DNA of 62,129 nt, filler included, from Jimgerdemannia flammicorona (lineage: Eukaryota), in NCBI GenBank assembly GCA_003990765.1. It is 3 parts of 3 records of this genome, joined end to end, with 100 filler letters (N's around TTAATTAATTAA, not from the genome) between each part and the next. Parts side by side here need not be neighbours in the genome. Positions count along the whole stretch, not along the records: positions 41,499 to 62,129 come from RBNJ01001629.1; 2 more parts are not named here. One strand, written 5' to 3'. The first letter of the stretch is position 1. Each line of letters begins with the position of its first letter. Shown here piece by piece: positions 58,991-62,129 of this stretch. A program made the position numbers and the translations under genes. The notes beneath the pieces were generated by a model, which had not been told where the DNA came from, did no database searches, and saw only the letters and a list, made by a program, of their open reading frames with translations.

Positions 58991-59035
58991 GGCAGTCCAA
59001 GTGACTATAAAAAAAAAAAAAAAAAAAAAAAAAAA
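58991..59035 (+). mobile_element. Extremely 5'-truncated L1 insertion (18 nt + A27)
   Basis: GGCAGTCCAAGTGACTAT matches the L1 3' end at 54333; 17-bp TSD GAGACTTTCAAAGTCAG at 58974 and 59036. Confidence 0.9.
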
Positions 59036-59271
59036 GAGACTTTCAAAGTCAGAGGAGTTTGAATCATCAACTGATTGGTCAAGATCAGAATCAGGCCCTT
59101 GCTCTATATGAAGAGAGCAACCCTTCACTATCATACCAAAATACAAAGGGAAGACACCAGCCCATAAACACCACTTTTCAACCCCTTGCCAGAGGTTATG
59201 ACATCAACAAATTTTTCAGGACTGGACCAATGAATAAGAATGCTCAAGAAGATCCTTATTTAGGAGGAAGA

Positions 59272-60879
59272 TGTAACAGTGACCTCAGAATGATGACATC
59301 AGCACAGGAGACAGTCTTTCCTTGCAAGCCACCAGATCAAAGCACAAGAAGATCATATGGCATATGAGATAAGCAATGATGACCAACTGTGAGTCATTGT
59401 GACCACAGCACAAGCATCCTGAAGAATATAAAAGAAGGATCAAGGAACTGTAGTAGCAACAACCAACAAGAACCACTAATCTCAAAATAGCTCAAAGACT
59501 TACCATAAACAAAATACCTGCTGCCTACCAAACCTCAAGGTCAAGGAATCACCAAGGTATTTTGGTTAAGGAAAGGATGTTCCAAGACATCAGAAGAGCC
59601 ATGGGGACCCACTCAAGAAGGACTTCTAGTGTCAATCTGGGTACTACAGACCCTTATCACTTCATTCTCTACCACTGTGAAATAGAAACAAGAATCACCA
59701 TTGCTACTGAATGCCTCCAAATGTAGCAGGAGTACAAAATAGGAAACCTCCTCTGCCGGGAGTTCCCACAGACCAGCACCCAAGAGCTACAAAATGCCAC
59801 TCCCATGGATATATACAAAACAAGAATAACTAAGAAGATCTATCAGATCTTCAGGCATATACCATGGTCAATCCCCAACTTGGAGTATGTTAGAGTCTCA
59901 GACTTCAGAGACCTATCATCCTACCATATCAATGCACTAGAAGTCAGGATGGCTACAGAAGCCCAGTCCACTATCACTCTCAACAGTGAAGAAGTAGAAG
60001 ACTTCTAGCACCCTATCCTTCAGGATAACCCAGACCAATTCCTACAAGAATTGATCTCAGTATTCTAAGGCCCAAGCATCCAGGTTAGACCTTCCCAAGA
60101 CCCCACATTTGTTTCCTATTTTGTGGAAGAGAACCTTATAGACTAGAGAGCTCCAGATCTTATTCCCGATTTCCCTGCCACAGCTGGACATGATGACATC
60201 ATCGGTGATGAAATTATTCCATGCAACATCAAAGTATGTAAAATTTGTAACCTGTATGACAAATTTGTAGATCTCATCTCCTTCAGTGATGATGATGATG
60301 AAGCCCCCATGATCCTGAACTTTCTGCTCTAAAAAAGTTCTTTATTATACTGGATAATGCCAGCACCAGTATTCTTATGTAATACTGGATAATGCCAGTA
60401 CCAGTATTCTCATATAACACTGGATAATGCCAGCACTGGTATTCTCATATAATACTGGATAATGCCAGCACTGGTATTCTGAGGTGACGTGAAATTGTTC
60501 TAACTGGCATTTTGATATAATACTAAATAATGACAGCATCCTGAACCTGTACAACCATTAGTACCAGCTCTGGAACTTAGTAGTTTTAGTTATTGGAATT
60601 TATATTTAGCTTTATATCTTAGCAACTATTGAATTATATTTTGTATAAATACTCCTCTTATTTCCTCTGAAATAAAGTCAGTTAAGTTCACTTATACACA
60701 CTTCCTTGCAAGTAATCTAAGAGATAACAAGATAGTTAAAGATAAGAAGTTTGAGGACTATAAGACCTTGGAAAGGCACTCCAATAAGAACTTGCTTATA
60801 ACAAACTTGAGTTAGTCTAAGAGATATACCTTGAAGAGAATTTGGTATATTTGAAGGACTCAGTGACCACTACATGATA
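59272..60879 (+). repeat. 3' LTR (about 1.6 kb)
   Basis: Colinear with the 5' LTR; four rather than two copies of the 35-bp unit. Confidence 0.9.
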
Positions 60880-61980
60880 TTATATATATTTAGTAACTAT
60901 TTATATTTATTTTAAATATATATTTTTCTATTATTAATAACTTAATATTTATATAAGATCTAAAAAAAGATCTAGAAGAATCTTGAAAAAGAAGAGAAAG
61001 ACTAAGAAATAAGTTCTTAGTAAAGATGATAAATAGAATTCTATAATGTTTCAAAAAGTTCTATAACTAGATACTTAATATTACTTAGTATTAAAAAAAG
61101 ATAAAAATATTCTAATAATATCTTAGTATTAAAAGAAGATTTTTAGATACTCAGAAAATACTGAAACATAGTAGAATATTTAAGAAAAGACAAGAAAAGA
61201 CCAGCAGAAAGATGTAAAAAAAGTACTAAGACTAAAATATAACTATGAAATTATTATAATAGATAAGACATCTTATCTTATAGTATTTTTTAAGTTCTTA
61301 TTAGTAATAGAAAGTCTAGAAATATTAAATTCTTCTAAGATATTATTGGACTTTATTTAGATCAGAGTCTCTAGAAATTTATATATTAATAGATAGTAGT
61401 TTAGTAGAATTCTATTGATATTTAATTGCTCTAAGAATAGTAGTAATAATTTTGTTCTTAACTTATTCTCAGTATCATTACTGAGTACTTATATTGAGAA
61501 GAGTGAATTATCTATATAGAATTATTTCAGAATATTTATACTTCTTTTTACTGAAGTTATTTAGAGATATAATTATCTTTTAGAAATTTCATTAGAATTT
61601 TCATTATACCAGATATCTGTATTAAGTTACTACTTCTTCTGTATTTGACAAAAGATTATCTTCTTTTTTTTAAATAGTATATATTATACTTAGGATATCC
61701 TTTCTATTTTATAAGATAGTATTAGGTGAGCTTGGCAGCTTATCCAAATTGGTAATTCTTATAATCCAAGATATAGTCTATTTTATATTCTAATTACTGA
61801 TTAATAATTACTAGATCTAGAGGTAATATAGTTCTCTCTTTAAAGATATTTAGAGTATATAACTGAAGTTGAGATATCAAAGAAAAACTATACTAATATT
61901 TCCTATTAATAAGTAGTTAGTTTTCTTATCCCTTTATCTGTAAATAAGATCGTCTTTTAAAATCATTTAGCAGACAAATT
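60880..61980. other. Very AT-rich, TpA-enriched decayed repeat DNA
   Basis: Almost no CpG, abundant TAG/CTA, no ORFs. Confidence 0.6.
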
Positions 61981-62129
61981 AAAGTTTGAAAAAAATGATT
62001 TTTTGAAACATTATTTTTCTGTTAAAAATATATCTCAATTTGTTTAAAAACAAATTTTTTTTTTTTTGTAAAATTTTTACCAAAGGTAGAATTATTATAT
62101 AAAAAATTATTGGTAATTTTTTTTAAAAG

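Larger units (their letters stand above)
44094..60879 (+). mobile_element. Ty3/gypsy LTR retrotransposon (gag-PR-dUTPase-RT-RH-IN), decayed, with three nested insertions
   Basis: Paired LTRs; PBS-like TGGTGCC at 45639; polypurine AGGAGGAAGA before 59272; domain order PR-RT-RH-IN. Confidence 0.92.

Overview
Left end of a fungal chromosome or scaffold in three contigs joined by artificial N-gaps (20656-20755, 41399-41498). The 18S fragment looks ascomycete, possibly Taphrinomycotina; this is an inference. Contig 1: a (CCCTAA)13 telomere, then three head-to-tail, tail-less APE-RT non-LTR retrotransposons separated by short telomeric tracts, sitting on a telomere-healed break in an older decayed L1/Tx1-like LINE. 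Contig 2 (about 20.6 kb): a CpG-retaining, gene-dense accessory island carrying a caspase-like protease with an amyloid-like tail, 3 TPR genes, 2 F-box/LRR genes plus an F-box pseudogene, a divergent Gti1/Pac2 (WOPR) factor, and secreted and membrane proteins. Its intergenic DNA holds 8 well-preserved (plus 4 partial) copies of a 46-52 bp palindrome with an asymmetric 10-bp core and compensatory arm changes. The island ends in a Crinkler-N gene plus an intact four-exon tyrosine recombinase, whose repeat-rich terminus abuts 18S rDNA. This is the best candidate for an undescribed system: a cargo-carrying tyrosine-recombinase element or integron-like cassette array. Contig 3: nested, CpG-depleted transposons, namely a probable hAT end, a dUTPase-encoding Ty3/gypsy element with ORF-containing LTRs, a full-length L1, a 2-kb solo LTR with an intact ORF and a miniature L1 tail. 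All calls come from reading the sequence and motifs by eye; no searches were run.
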